A model generated the notes under the pieces. The model was not told the DNA's origin. It ran no database searches and saw only the letters and a program-made list of their open reading frames with translations. The position numbers and the translations under genes are program-made. 64,000 bases of DNA from Amoebophrya sp. A120 (lineage: Eukaryota > Protista > Dinoflagellata), in NCBI GenBank assembly GCA_905178155.1, contig CAJINV010000003.1, positions 3,017,715-3,081,714 of the forward strand. The letters run 5' to 3'. Shown here piece after piece: positions 1-12,700 of the stretch. The first letter of the stretch is position 1; the number at the start of each line of letters is the position of its first letter.

Positions 1-295
1 TTGTGCAGTCCTGGCGCTTGTACTGCACGAAGGCCATCTTCGGGTGCCAGTCCTTCATGAACTTCTTCTGCGCTAAGTCGGCGCTCACCTCCGCTGTCAC
101 TTCCTCCCTGAGCTCCCGCCGCATCTTGGTGGTTTCCTTCTTCAACTCACTACGCAGTAAAGAAAGTACGCTCTGTGATCTGCTCCGGCGCGCCAGTGTT
201 TCCTTGGTGTCCTGGAGCCGCGCACTCTCCCCTGTCCAAAGCTGCCATGTCGCGAGCGAAACAGCCGCACATGCGTAAGTGCTGCTAATTCTCAT
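1..295 (-). CDS. Cys-rich secreted family, paralog 1 (5' part only; runs off the window start)
   Basis: Minus-strand frame from ATG at 295: MRISSTYACAAVSLATWQLWTGESARLQ...SVLSLLRSELKKE...KKFMKDWHPKMAFVQYKRQDCT. It shares the KDWHPKMAFVQ block with paralogs at 4.3, 8.1 and 12.7 kb, and the N-terminus is signal-peptide-like. Confidence 0.8.
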   Translation of the reverse strand, partial: MRISSTYACAAVSLATWQLWTGESARLQDTKETLARRSRSQSVLSLLRSELKKETTKMRRELREEVTAEVSADLAQKKFMKDWHPKMAFVQYKRQDCT

Positions 296-1492
296 TCCGT
301 AAGGGCTTACTGTGGTGTGTGAGCACGGGTGTGTGGAAAGGAATCGACTGCAAAGAGCCCGTGATCGTGTGCCCCCGTTCCTTGACTTGCTACGACGCAG
401 CGGTGCTTGTTTTCCACAACCGCAGCCTGGGGATTATTCGCCGTGCGTCTAAATTCTCCCATTATCATCACTCATGACGCAAGAAACAGGCGGCATGACT
501 ATTCCTTCTTTATCTATTTCTTCGCGCTGCCACTCATCTTCTCTCAGTTGGTGCCATCAGTTCAAATGCTGCAGAGGAACGACCACGAAAACAGCGCAGC
601 GGCTCTCAAACAGTTGATCGCAACATGTGGGGCAAGAATATCATCATGATTTCTGCAAGGTAGGTAATACACACCTACAACCCCCATGTTTGTATGGGGT
701 CGTACTATACACATACACACCCCAAGATGATGATGTTGTGGACTCGATAATCATCTTCCGCTCGTAACTCGAGACACGCATCGCGTGTCCCTGTCCCCCA
801 TCTAATTTAGTGATGACGATTCCATGTGCTGAGGACTATCAGTAAGTTCATTACTCTCCCTCACCCTCAGCTCACCCTATTCCCTGGCAACGCAAAGGCT
901 CAAAACGAACGCACAACGCCGCTTCAGACCAGGAAAGTCCTCGTCTCCTGCACAAAGGCAGATCTTCGTGCACTGTGCGCGTTCTATTTCTCATGAATAT
1001 CGATTCATTTTTCAGCCACCACCTTCGCGGGGCACAAAAAACGAAAATTAATTATTATTATGCATTTCCTCAATCACCAACAAATTACTTTCCCTGCTTT
1101 TGCATGGGTCATGTTTCTATCTTGTCAGGTTCATACCATAAATCTTGGATAATAATCATGTGAACGTTAGTACAATCTCTGCAACAAAGACGTGCTATAG
1201 TATCTGAAGTTGAATCGGATCGACTTATTTTTCAGCATCTTACACGTATGGTAAAAGTAATTTCAGTAAAAATATTACTGTAGACCTAGTGCAAATCTTG
1301 CACAGTGGTTCAGCCATCCGTACACGCAGTTCCAGTTTTGTTATCAGGGCGGTGCATTGATGGAGAGACGATATTAAATAGCAGACCTGACAAACCACAA
1401 TCCGACTTCTGATTAAAATAGGTGTCTGTCGACGATCAAAAATGCTCAGAACTTTCCTGTGATTGTAAGAAGATCGTCGTCTCGCAAGTGGT

Positions 1493-4459
1493 TTAGCGCC
1501 CCGCCGCCGTGGTCGTGCTCGTGCTCGTGGTCTGGCCCTCGTACATGTCCGCGGCTGTCAAGTAGTCCTCGGTCTGGGATCCGAAGTCCGCCATGATGAT
1601 GCGCTTCTTGATGTTATCCTGAGCAAAAACGTCCCCACCCCAGAGTTGTCATGCTAAACAAAATGCGACACACTTTGGCCCCCCATTGTACCATGGCCAC
1701 AGGACCCCAGAGTTGTCATGCAGATCCGCAAGCACAAGAGCATTTGTAATGCGCATCCTCATGAGAGGCATTTCTCATCGTGTTTTGTGACTTGTAATGC
1801 TGTGAACAGGATAAGGAGATGGATTTGTTATGCGGATTCCCTTGCTAAACTGCATTACACTACAGCCTGCACCTTGTCATGCGTCGCTCCCAAAACTTTA
1901 AGGTTTGTGTTGCAAAATCCCCATCTTGACTCTGGAGTGGGGACATTTTTACTCAGGATAGATGTAGGTGTTCTCCTTCGCATCCTCCTTGCAGTGCGAC
2001 GCCCGCACGCAGCCAGTTTTGCAAGTCTTCGGGGGGTTCGTTTTGGCGGGGTCTGCCAAGTCTTTGCACTGGTCCGCGGTCATCGATACCGTGGTGTTAG
2101 TCGGGTCGAACAAAATTTTGGAGCAGTCGGAAGAACTCATGAGGAACACGACGTCACCCGGCTTGGCCTGAGTAGATTGAATGGGTTCACTAATAATTCA
2201 AGGGCTATGGTAGGTCATTTTCGCTGGAGTGAAGACTTCGCAACACAGTTGTACATCTTGGGTCGCTGAAAAAATGGTCCTCTCGCATGAGATGGAAGGA
2301 AAGCCCACCGGCACTTGCGTCTTACATGGTCCGCGCGCTGCGGGGGCGCGGTTAGGCCCCTCCAATAGCTTAGGCTGGCATACTGGGCGGCACAAAAAGA
2401 CCGCCAATGCCCTTTACCATAGGGTCGAGCGGGCATGCGCGCCCGGGCCTTTGTGGCGTTGCCGTACTAGCAAAGCCGCGCCGATTTGGGCCGCGCCGCG
2501 AGTTGCTTTGTCTGCGGCCTGAGCACGTTTTCCGCGGCTTGCTTTTGGCGCTTCTTCTTTCCCGCGCCCTAGCAGAGTGCATTCCACGCAGTCCTCGCGA
2601 ATACAGCGCAGCAAGCGGCATATACATATAGTAGGACCGGGCCGCGAAGAAGAAATAATGCCCGCCGGCTCGCGGACCGACGCTTTACGTCTCGGGGCTT
2701 GCGTCGCTTTTCCCGCATCCCGGCGCTATGTTTTGCCGACTCGGGCATCGTGCGCAGTGCCCGGCAGGCTGGAAAACGGCCGTCAACGGGAGCAGATGCG
2801 CGGCTAAATCACCAGGCTTCCCACCAAAAACTACACAAGGATTCGTCAGTTCTCGTCGGAACTAAGTAGGATTCATCTAGGCCACGATTTAGATTTATAA
2901 TTGAAGAAAGAAGCACTTACTTACTCACCGTTGTATTGTGCTTGACGTACGTGACGGCAGGATTCTCGGCCGTGGCCGCAGCCACGTTTGCGCCGCTGCT
3001 CGTGTCCGAACGGATCTTGATATCCAACCCAGCGGACAGGATATGCTGAAAAAACACGCACCCGCTGTGTACAACAAGACGTGAAATTAAAGCTCCCAAA
3101 TAAGTGTTGCAAATTCTCAAATAAGCCGCGCGAATGAAGCTCCTGCTCGCGGGAAACCGGCATAAACATATTAGTATTAATAGGCGCAATTTAATGCGTG
3201 TCGCGCTTGTGAACAAGTCTTGCTCTGTCACGATGGATGCATACTTGATTTCATTTCCACACGGAAACTCTGTATCTGGTAGGTCTTCATTGAAATGCAC
3301 GAAGCCGCCGCAATCCTGAAGTCGTTTCAAAGAAATTATATTGAGTAATCACTTTTTGTTGCATGGAGGTGGAGTCGGGGTGGTGCTACGTGGTAGTAAA
3401 CATTACCTCAGAAACACTGAAACTTTTGTTACCTTGTTTTTCGAGCACATCTCGGCCGCGAGGTCCAATTGCAGCATGGTCGAACCGGCTCCAGTATCCG
3501 GTGCAAAAGTGTCGGCACTACTGGCTTTGACGCAGCACGCGGCACTGAGCTCGCACGCGTCAAAATCCACTTCTAATTCACAAAAAGTGGTGTATCTTGA
3601 TAGTGAGTATGCCTCCGGAATGAGTGGACACACTAAGGACCAGTAGGTCAACGCGGATTTCGCTGCATGCAAGAATCTCCGACACAGTCACATACCGTAC
3701 TCTGCCTTCGTCATAACTGCATGCATTTTCGGCTTACCCCACCGGCAAGCCTCTGTGCGCCCCGGTGGCATGTAATCGGTGACAGAATTCGTATCACAGC
3801 AAATTCCTCACCTTCGCCCAAAAAAGCAGACTGCAAATTTCAGTTCCACCCTGCACAGCCTCGTTAAATTCGTGCTTAGTTCGTGATCGCTGAATGAGAA
3901 AGCGAAAAATACAAGCAAGATCGCATGATATAGGAGCGTCGAGCATATCTACAGCCCGCTTCTGGACGGTGAAGAAAGCTTGCTTGTGATATGTGTCGTA
4001 GTGAGCCAGGATGTTCGTCTCAGTTACACCTGCAGTGAGATTTTTCCTAAGGTAGCGCGGTAATATGCTACAACGCGCAACTAAATCATGAAAGACAACA
4101 GTCCTCCCTACTTCAGTCCATAACTGGCATCTTCGAAAACCTACAAGAAAACATATGTTCAAGTGACATAACTACCCTGCTCCTGCATGTCCTTCTTCGC
4201 AAACTCGGTCAAGCAGGGAAACTCGACCTTGATGCCGTGGAGACCGTTCGTGCAATCCTGGCGCTTGTACTGCACGAAGGCCATTTTGGGGTGCCAATCT
4301 TTGACAAACTTTTTTGACTCCAGGGCAACTTCCTTCTTTACCTCTGCTTTCAACTCTTTCCGCAAAAGCGACAGCACGCTTTGCCCCTTGGTCTGGTCCT
4401 GTTTTTGGTTTTTTCTTTAGATTCGCGATCACGCATCTAGATGCCGTAAGAAATTTCAT
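1493..4459 (-). CDS. Cys-rich secreted family, paralog 2 (multi-exon; 5' end uncertain)
   Basis: Exon blocks KDWHPKMAFVQYKRQDCTNG, LQLDLAAEMCSKNK/DCGGFVHFNED, PGDVVFLMSSSDC, CKTGCVRASHCKEDAKENTYI/KKRIIMADFGS and a Thr-rich tail, with TAA at 1493-1495. GT-AG introns at 4030-4175, 3316-3432 and 2168-2928; non-canonical TIR intron at ~1615-1960. Confidence 0.8.
1615..1960. mobile_element. Introner (TIR family alpha) forming a non-canonical intron
   Basis: Left end TATCCTGAGCAAAAACGTCCCCACCCCAGAGT matches the reverse complement of the right end at 29/32. TSD GATGT at 1610-1614 and 1961-1965. Removing the element plus one TSD gives ENTYIKKRII, as in the uninterrupted paralogs at ~6930 and ~10025. 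Confidence 0.92.
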
Positions 4460-4977
4460 CTCCCGAGCAGGTTCTTCGACGCGTTTTTGTTACGTACTTC
4501 CGGCATCACGTAAATGATGTTTTCGAGGAGCTGGGCTCGAATAGTATCGAACAGAAAAATTAGATCGTACCTTGAGTTGCATGCCATCAGCACCGGCTGA
4601 CAGCACAGCAAGAGCTGCGAACCCCTTCATTTTTTTTTCTCCTTGTGTTCTGCTGCACAGCTGCTCCAGAAGTAGCTACTCCTAAAATTGCACCTCGCCT
4701 CTTTTTCTTATCTGTCTTCCCTAAACTCGTCTCACATTTAAAAAGACGGAATTTGCAACGCACGCTCTCAGGTCGGTCCTTACCGAGCGCCACACTGCCA
4801 GCACTTCCTTCTTCTTGGGTTAGGATCTAGAGCTTTTAAAAAAACGTCCGCCTTGCTCGCCAAGTAATGCGCTTCACCCACGCGAGATGGATTTCCTCTC
4901 GCGCCACTCTTAATTCTGACTGCTTCTCGCTCGGCCTTCGTGGGGAACACACTAGCGCCGCGCGGCGGTATAGCGGC

Positions 4978-5740
4978 CACGGCCTGCTCAGACGTTACAA
5001 TCTCCAGCGTTGCAATAGAGTTTCAGCTTTTTGGTGAAAAAAATGCCTATTTAAAAACGGAATGCAAAAGTAGCTAATTCTTAATGAAAAATTTCTCCAA
5101 GAATTTTTTCAACTCCGCCCCGAAACTGCCGCCTTCACCGTCCGCGACAGCTGGTGCAACCTCCGTGATTATGATATGAAAACTTGTTTCGAATCTGGCC
5201 AGAAGTTAATATCGAAGCACAGAAATACATCACCCAGACCACCTCCGATTTGTCGCAGGTGAATTGGGAGAAAAGAATAGGGCGAGGCGCGTGCTATTTG
5301 TCTGGTATAAAACAGGTTTCATTTGCCAATAGCAGCCACGAGGAAGCAGCCTGGTCAGCAGCGGGCTCTTCATTTTAGTATTGGGAAATGAAACTCACTG
5401 TTCAACTGACCAAGTGCCGACACGTGGTCGTATTCTTTGTCAGACCATCTGCGACAAATCGCAGGAGGTCTGGCCGATACGTTTTTGTCTTTCGGTGTCG
5501 ACTTTTGGTAAGGTTGAAAGCAAGCTTTCACATCATCATCACGGAGGTTCCAGTCGTCGCGGACGGTGGAGTCGGCAGCTTCGGTGGAGATGAAAAAATT
5601 TCCGCCGAAAAAAATTTTATGAGAGTTTTCAACGAAGAATATAGCTAATTTCCAACGCAGTTTTCAAATGGCTATTTTTTTCATGAAAAAAGTAAAGCTC
5701 TATTCTAACGGTTAAGATTGAAACGTCTGAGCAGGCTATA
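4978..5740. mobile_element. Intergenic MITE-like element with long degenerate TIRs (>100 bp)
   Basis: GCCTGCTCAGACGTTACAATCT... at 4982 matches the reverse complement of ...AGATTGAAACGTCTGAGCAGGC ending at 5736. Similarity continues inward (AATAGAG, TGAAAAAAAT, TAGCTA blocks). No coding capacity; TSD not clear. Confidence 0.75.
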
Positions 5741-6044
5741 CGCAGGGTAGCGCGTTTCTTGACGGATTTAAAGAAGCTGTATACTTGCTCTCACTAAACA
5801 TATACTTCTCACGATCTAAAAATTGAGTGAAACAAGTTGGTTGGATCTCGAAAGCGAAACTAGAACTACAATCAGTATCACTATCAGCAGTACCACATCG
5901 TACAAAAATAAACATTGGACGAGGCTGCGTCACAATCTGTTATTGATTCCGATAACAGCCAATCATTCCTGGTCGCGCATTCCTTTTGGATATCCACGTA
6001 AGGGAGTTTTAGTGACTTCTAAATTTTCCAGAAAGAGCAAGCAT

Positions 6045-8635
6045 CTACCGAACGGGAGTAAAAATGATGTTGGCAGTGGTTGTCGTGGTCGTGGGCGCAT
6101 CCAAAAAAACTTTTATAGTCAGTGTGACTTCACAAATGAATCTTTCCAGCATGACAGCTACAACTCGTCGAACGCAGATAGTGGAAGTGGTACGTGAAGA
6201 GGAGGACCTCCTACAATGCATGATGCCCATTCTGGAGCCTGCAAGACATGGCCAGCCTGCTGGGAGTCCTTGTTTACGGCAACTGCCTTGCTTTATGTTC
6301 AGCATGCCAAACTCACACTATCTTTAGTTTTTTCAAATGGATATGTGCTCGTGGTCTGTCCCTCGAAATTGTCTGCCCCAGCTAGTAGATCCCCTTATGC
6401 AGGGGAAAAACTGTGCCAATGCACGACACGAAAAAAACAGCTATACTTAGTACGCCGCTAGTCTACTCCCGGAGCGTCTGCAGTTCACAAATGACTTCAC
6501 GCACCAGCGACGCACGAGGACATGTACTTGTTTTTCCACCGCCATACAAAACTAATTCTTGTCGCTCACCAGTGGAGGTGCACTTTTTCGAGAGAGCGCC
6601 GGTTGCGGAGGAAGAGAAATACAAATAGTTAGTAGCTGCTTCTTCGAAAGATAAATTTATGACAGTGCACAACACCATGAATGACGCAGTTTTTTCCTGG
6701 ATAACTTTGTATGACAGTGCACAACTCATTCTCCTCCTCTTAACAGCATAAGGCACGACCGAAAGCCTGTCGCACCAGTTCTGGCAATATTCTTGTTGCG
6801 TGTCGCTCAAGTTCTTTATCTTTTAAAAGAAGGCCATGGCGAGGTGGAAATGCAGAAATGCAAATGAGAAGGAAGAAGATTTGCCGCTTTCGATACTCTG
6901 TAAGTGACCCAGAGTCCGCCATAATGATGCGCTTCTTAATGTAGGTGTTCTCCTTCGCGTCCTCTTTGCAGTGCGACGCCCGTACACACCCTGTCTTGCA
7001 CTGTTTTGGGGGAGGCAGAGCGTCGCCGCTTTGGCCTGCAAAACGGTCCCCACGCCGTAGCCGGAACGAAATCGAATAGCAGGAAGGCGTTCTAAATTAA
7101 TATGCTAAAGAGAGCGTAGAATTTCGAGCTATGAATATCGACTCGACCAAAAAAAATCGGGCTGGTACACAAAAGCATCGGACGGCATTGCAGCTGGATG
7201 CAGCTGATGACTTTATTAATGTGTTCGACTCTACGTTTTCGTCTGTCCCGGGAAGTACTCGTGTTCTTTTTTTAAAGCTGGGCGCAGCTACTTGCACAGA
7301 AACATACGATGTCCGGCTTTTGTTTTGGCTTCTTCACGTTATTCTTGGAGGTGCAAGCGCTTTTAAATATCGCGCTTTTAAATATCGCGCTTTTAAACCC
7401 CGATGTCTGTCGTGTAGCTCTTCCACGAGCTGTCCTAATCGATCCTATGCATCTGGTAGGTGCATGATTCAATGCCTTCGTTGCTATGCATGCGCCAACG
7501 GCGAATCCCTGGCCTCCATTTCGGGGGGAGCTGTTTTCAATGCCATAGCAGTCCTCTCTGCTCATGGACTGCGTGGGGTCGTCGGGGCTGAACAGGATGC
7601 TCGCACAATCGGCCGAGCTCATCAGGAACACGATATCTCCTGGCATCGCCTTCTTTCCGTGGTCGATGTAGGTGATATTTGCCAGCTGCGTGCCCCCTGC
7701 GGTTCCCACACTCGCAGCACTCCGCACTCTTACCACCAGTCCGTCGGCCGGAAACGAAGTTGTGGTAGCGGCAGTGGCATTTGCGCTCGACGGCACATCT
7801 TCGTTGAAGTGCACAAACCCGCCGCAATCCTTGTTCTTCGAGCACATCTCCGCCGCAAGGTCTAGCTGCAGCATGGTTGACCCGGCCTCGGCTTTCGTCA
7901 AGATTGCGTGGCTGGTGGGCACACCCCAACGGCACTGCTCGATGCGGCCGGGGGGGATGTAGACTCCTTCGGTGTAATGCGCCAAAATGGTCGCTTCTTT
8001 CACCCCCTGCTCCTGCATGGACGCTTTCGCCCACTCGGTGAGACAAGGAAAGTCGACTTTGATAGCGTGCAGCCCGTTCGTGCAGTCGGATCTTTTGAAC
8101 TGGACGAATGCCATTTTCGGGTGCCAATCCTTCACGAACCTGCGTGACTGTCGTGCCCACTCTTTCGTCACCTCGGTCTTCAGCTCCCGGCGGAGTAAGG
8201 ACAGCACGCCGCCTCCCTTCAGCTGCTCCTGTTCATGAAATTTGATAATGCGGATCGCTACACCCCGACTACCGGGAAGGTGTGGTAAAGAATTCAACAG
8301 CTTGCATACGGCCATCGCCATGCACCGCCTTTGCATGAGCCTGCCGCTACCAATCAAAGTGATTGCACAGGACACATGTAACTGAGCACGAACTGAGAGG
8401 CCATTCCCCTTGCAATGCTCCGCTCTATCGTATCAAGCTCAAGCCTGATGTTGCACAGGCGAGCCAGAAACTGCCCTAGAACTACCAAACGAAGTATCCT
8501 GTTGATGTACAAATACAAATTAATCGTGGCATGCCCATTCAAATTTTCAAAGTAAGTGCGCGTCAGTACCAACAGCCGTATGCCAACGGAGGTGTCGGAA
8601 AAAGCGGTCACCGCCGCTGCGAGCTTCTTCATCAT
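6045..8635 (-). CDS. Cys-rich secreted family, paralog 3 (core intronless; both ends uncertain)
   Basis: ORF 7272-8375 carries all core blocks contiguously (KDWHPKMAFVQFKRSDCTNG...AEMCSKNKDCGGFVHFNED...PGDIVFLMSSADC). The exon at ~6900-7035 gives CKTGCVRASHCKEDAKENTYIKKRIIMAD. A probable Thr-rich tail DAPTTTTTTA ends at 6045, and the candidate start is MMKKLAAAV at 8635. Confidence 0.7.
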
Positions 8636-9785
8636 TTGCCTGCGCCGACCTGATCAGCAACACGACACATGCATGTCACCCCTGCACGAAGGCCGCAGCT
8701 TATCAAGCTCATTGCCGGAATATGTACTTAGACCTCCTAGTGTAGTTGCTTATTTTCCTACAACTCTACGTGGAATCAGAGGCCAATCGGAACGAATTTC
8801 AACCAGTAACTTAACCGAACGACGTAGAATATTCATTTAGTCTTCTGCTTTCCACAGTTTGCTGGTCTTGTTCCAAAAAGTAGCGTCGCTAGAAAGTGCC
8901 ATTGTCCATTTTAGGCTGGTAATGTCTCACAAAAGATGAAGCGCCGAAACGTCACTCCATTTTACGCAATTCGCCGAGGCTTCTAGAAAGAATATCCGCA
9001 TCCTCCTTACTGCTTGGGACGGCACACGCCCTCGCGCCTACTTCGCAAGACAATCCAAAGCAACAGACTATCAGTGCGCGTGCGGTACCTGCTCGGAAGA
9101 GCACCCCACGACAAATTGCGAATGAACGATCGGCCGCATCGCGCGACGGCAAATCACACCGAAATCGCTGTCGTCACCTTCTGGTATGAAACGGGAAGAC
9201 CAGCGCAAGCTAAAAGATTTCGCTTCGTCTTCGAAAGTAGCTAGGACGTCATTTACATTTTCTGTTCATTCCTGGTGTTTCATTTTCGGTTTTACCGTCG
9301 TGATAGTGCGCCGACAAAAGACTTGGTCATTGGCAGAAGTACTTCTGATGTGTCCTTAGAGTTCAAAAAAAAACGTGTGCGAAAGGTGCGTCATCTTCGT
9401 GACTCTGCAGCCCCCGCACCACCCTATGCTTGCGTTCACGTACGTTCGCGCCAAACTGGCGTGCACATCACAGCAAAGAAACAACTGGTGAAACTGAAAC
9501 AAACACGCAGTGCGGGCAAAAAAGATTTTTCCACAGTCTGCACATGAATAAAAAAGTGTTTCAAATACGATGCTCTACTTCGTGCCAACAGTGGAAAAAA
9601 ATTGTACACGGAAAATATTACTTTTTCTTTACGGTGTCTTTAGTGTCAAAATCGATGACACTAGTACACCCGACCGTTTTGAGTAGCAACTCCGGCGTTC
9701 TGCGGCGGCAGACCGCGGCACAGATGGGCGGCGCGCGGTTGGTTTAGACCGAGGGCGTAGTAGAAAAGTTGGCACGGGACGCAGC

Positions 9786-12700
9786 TCAGCGCTGATTCGT
9801 TCCTTGCGTGTTGGCTCCTTGATCGCCAGTTGTGGTCGTCGACGTTGTGGTGGTCGTCGACGTTGTCGTTGTTGTCTCTGCGCTACCCACCAGTTCTGGT
9901 GCTGCGGTGGTAGTTGTCGCTGTGTCCACTACGGGTGTGGCGGTGGTGGCTCCCTCGAACATATCGTCGCGGCCGAGAAACTCCTCCGTTGGTGAGCCGA
10001 AGTCCGCCAGGATAATCCGCTTCTTGATGTAGGTGTTCTCACTGTCGTCCTCTTTGCAGTGTGTTGCGCGTACGCAGGCTGTGTGGCATCCTGCAGCGTC
10101 CGCAATCGTTGCGAAAACACTTTTCCACACGCATAGCCTGCGTGGAAACCCAAGAAAAGAATATCAAAAAATGCATACTTACTTAGCAAGCTGAAGCTCT
10201 CTCTTCCTGGGCGCGCAGCCAATCTTCTAGGCGGCTCATGTGGGCCGTTCTCCCCGTAAGTTGGGCACGTAAGCGTCACACCATCACGGCTCATTGAGTT
10301 GTTCGCTGCAGCAAAGAAAGATCAGCGAGTGGCAATAAATTCGATCGCGAAATCCGGATGGTACTTATTCTCATGTTGCTTCTGTGCCGGGCTGTATCTA
10401 TTTTACAAAGTTTTCATTACCGTGGGGACTGATCCATGCAACGGACATGACGCAAATATGGAGAAAATGTGTTTTCATCGGGATAAATGTTTTGCATTCT
10501 TCTTTGGTTTTCGCGGTCTCCGTTGCATCGTTGGCTCATCCCAGTCAAAGATGCTCCCTGTCCCTCCCTCCGTAGAAAAAGCAACAAAACCCAACTTTTT
10601 TACTGCAACATGGAGTATTTGGTACATCAAGTCAACATAATGCCAGATCGTAAATGAAGCGCAAGTTCCTCGGTCGCGACGCGCACTTTGTCGTGCACAA
10701 CCTCTTCAGGCTTAAATACCGATGCTGTCGCCCTCTCGTCTTTACCAACGGGGTCTGGCTATACTCTTTGACCACAAAAACAACTCCGCGGTAACTCATG
10801 ACCTATCACACAACATTCGTCCCGGAACTGGGCGGAGCCACTTGAAGATCTTAGGATACCGCGAAGAGTTTGTTGACGCAGTGCGGACCACTCTCCACAA
10901 ACACGATGTCGCCGAGTTCTGCCTGAAGTGAATTTGTTCGTTAGTTTCCTTCTTCATCCTGGTATCAATCAATCAATAGTACGCTGGGACGTGCGGGACC
11001 CGCTGTGCGGTATACGAAAATGTATGCTCGTAGAAAGGCTGCAAAGTCGGTGACGCTGTCGCTGTATCAACTGCTTTCTGCGACTGAACATGAGAGAACC
11101 TAAACCTGTATGTAGATGTATGTACCTCTGTGCTGTGGATAGTGAAATCGTTGGCGGTTTCATCCCATTTTCTGATCTCCTTGGGAAACTCGTCGCTCTT
11201 TGTCGTGTCGGGGTTGAAGTAGACGAACCCACCGCAGTCCTAGTTTTGATCGTAGGGTTCTTGTGAGATACGATACGACCAAGTAGAACAGCTGCACGCC
11301 AAGCCGCACATATTCTGTTTGTACTGGACGACTATGTTTGCATTTGCTCAGCATCATAACTAATGCATTCAGCCTACGTGCGGATGGATTACGAAGCACG
11401 CGGAATAATGGTCTTATTTGCTGCTGTATCCTCAACACATGAGCAACTCGGATATTCGAGTTAAGTACCTTGTCTTTCGAGCCCATTATGCAGTTGAAAA
11501 AATTTCGTCCTGCGAGTCAGGCACTACTCAGTGGTATGTTCGCTATGTTGTTTCTACTGTGCAGCGTCGCTTGATGTGAGCGCACTTTCACATATCTGGG
11601 CATGCGGTCCAAGGTCTTCGACTACAACCTTTGGAAATCTAGCATGCAAACGAAGGCAATACTTTTTTCAACTCCATAGACATTTCGGCTGCAATATCCA
11701 ACTGCAGGCCTGTGGATCCCGATTCTGCTTTGGACGATATGAAGGGGCGAAGGCTCTATTTCCTCCCCACAAAGACAACTATTTTAATGAACAAGCTCGC
11801 ATTTGCAAATTCGCACACGCAAATATAATCTATTTCATCAGATTGCAGCAAGTACAAGAGCTTCGGATTTGGGTTTCCACATCGGATTTGGACAGAGCCG
11901 CCGCGAAGCGCCCTTGTCGTACAAAAGCGCCACTACACAAGTCGCAAACAGTAGTTGTGTGTGGGGTGGAAACAGGTCGTTGCAATGTCGCAATCAGAAT
12001 TGCGTGTTTTTTCGGTTGGCCCCATCGGCAAAATTCGGTGCGCCCCTGGGGTATCGGGTGGACAAAACGACGATAGCGCTGCGACGCTGCTTGGGGACAA
12101 CTTCTCTGTTGCACATGCACTTGTTATTCACGGAATCACATTTACCCGTACTCTTCTGCATCCGGAATGATCTGTGACGAGATTGCAGACCGAAGTCGTA
12201 CTTTATTTGCAAAAATCCAGCAGCAGAGAATTCATATTTTGCCAGCCGTCCGGGCAGCGCTGGCCACGTTCATTCAGGATTATGTGGATACTTGGCTCGT
12301 AGTTGTCCACATTAGCGTCGAAATGGGACATGATGGTGGCATTGGTCACACCTTCGGTGAAAGTTGGTAAGTAATACAATTTGATCGATTCATTTTTTGC
12401 TTTACAAGGTTCAAGCGCGGCGACAAATTCTAATCATCCAAAAAAACGTGCTGCGAAAATGCATTTCCAACAATGATATCCATGCAACTCCTTTCGTAGC
12501 GGAACACCATGTCATTGCTGACGAAAAATGAGGATTTAAAAATCAGTTCGGCTTCACTGCCGCTGTTCCCGCGCACAAGCATCTAGATTGATCCTCGTCT
12601 TTAAAAGCAGCTCACCTTTCGCTTGCATGTCGCGCTTAGCCAGTTCGGTGAGACAGGGATACTCCACAGCAATCGCGTGAATGCCATCCGTGCAATCTTG

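Noticed and set aside
1610-1965. U12-type AT-AC intron (one junction register gives AT...AC, and the TIR begins TATCCT)
   Set aside because: That register gives ATCTATCC rather than ATATCCTT, no U12 branch motif is seen, and the other elements do not give AT-AC.
3080-3200. Possible additional introner (CGTG direct repeat 117 bp apart, ATTAAA/TTTAAT ends)
   Set aside because: The inverted repeat is only ~6 bp, there are no TAT/ATA ends and the frame is open through it, so it cannot be separated from chance.
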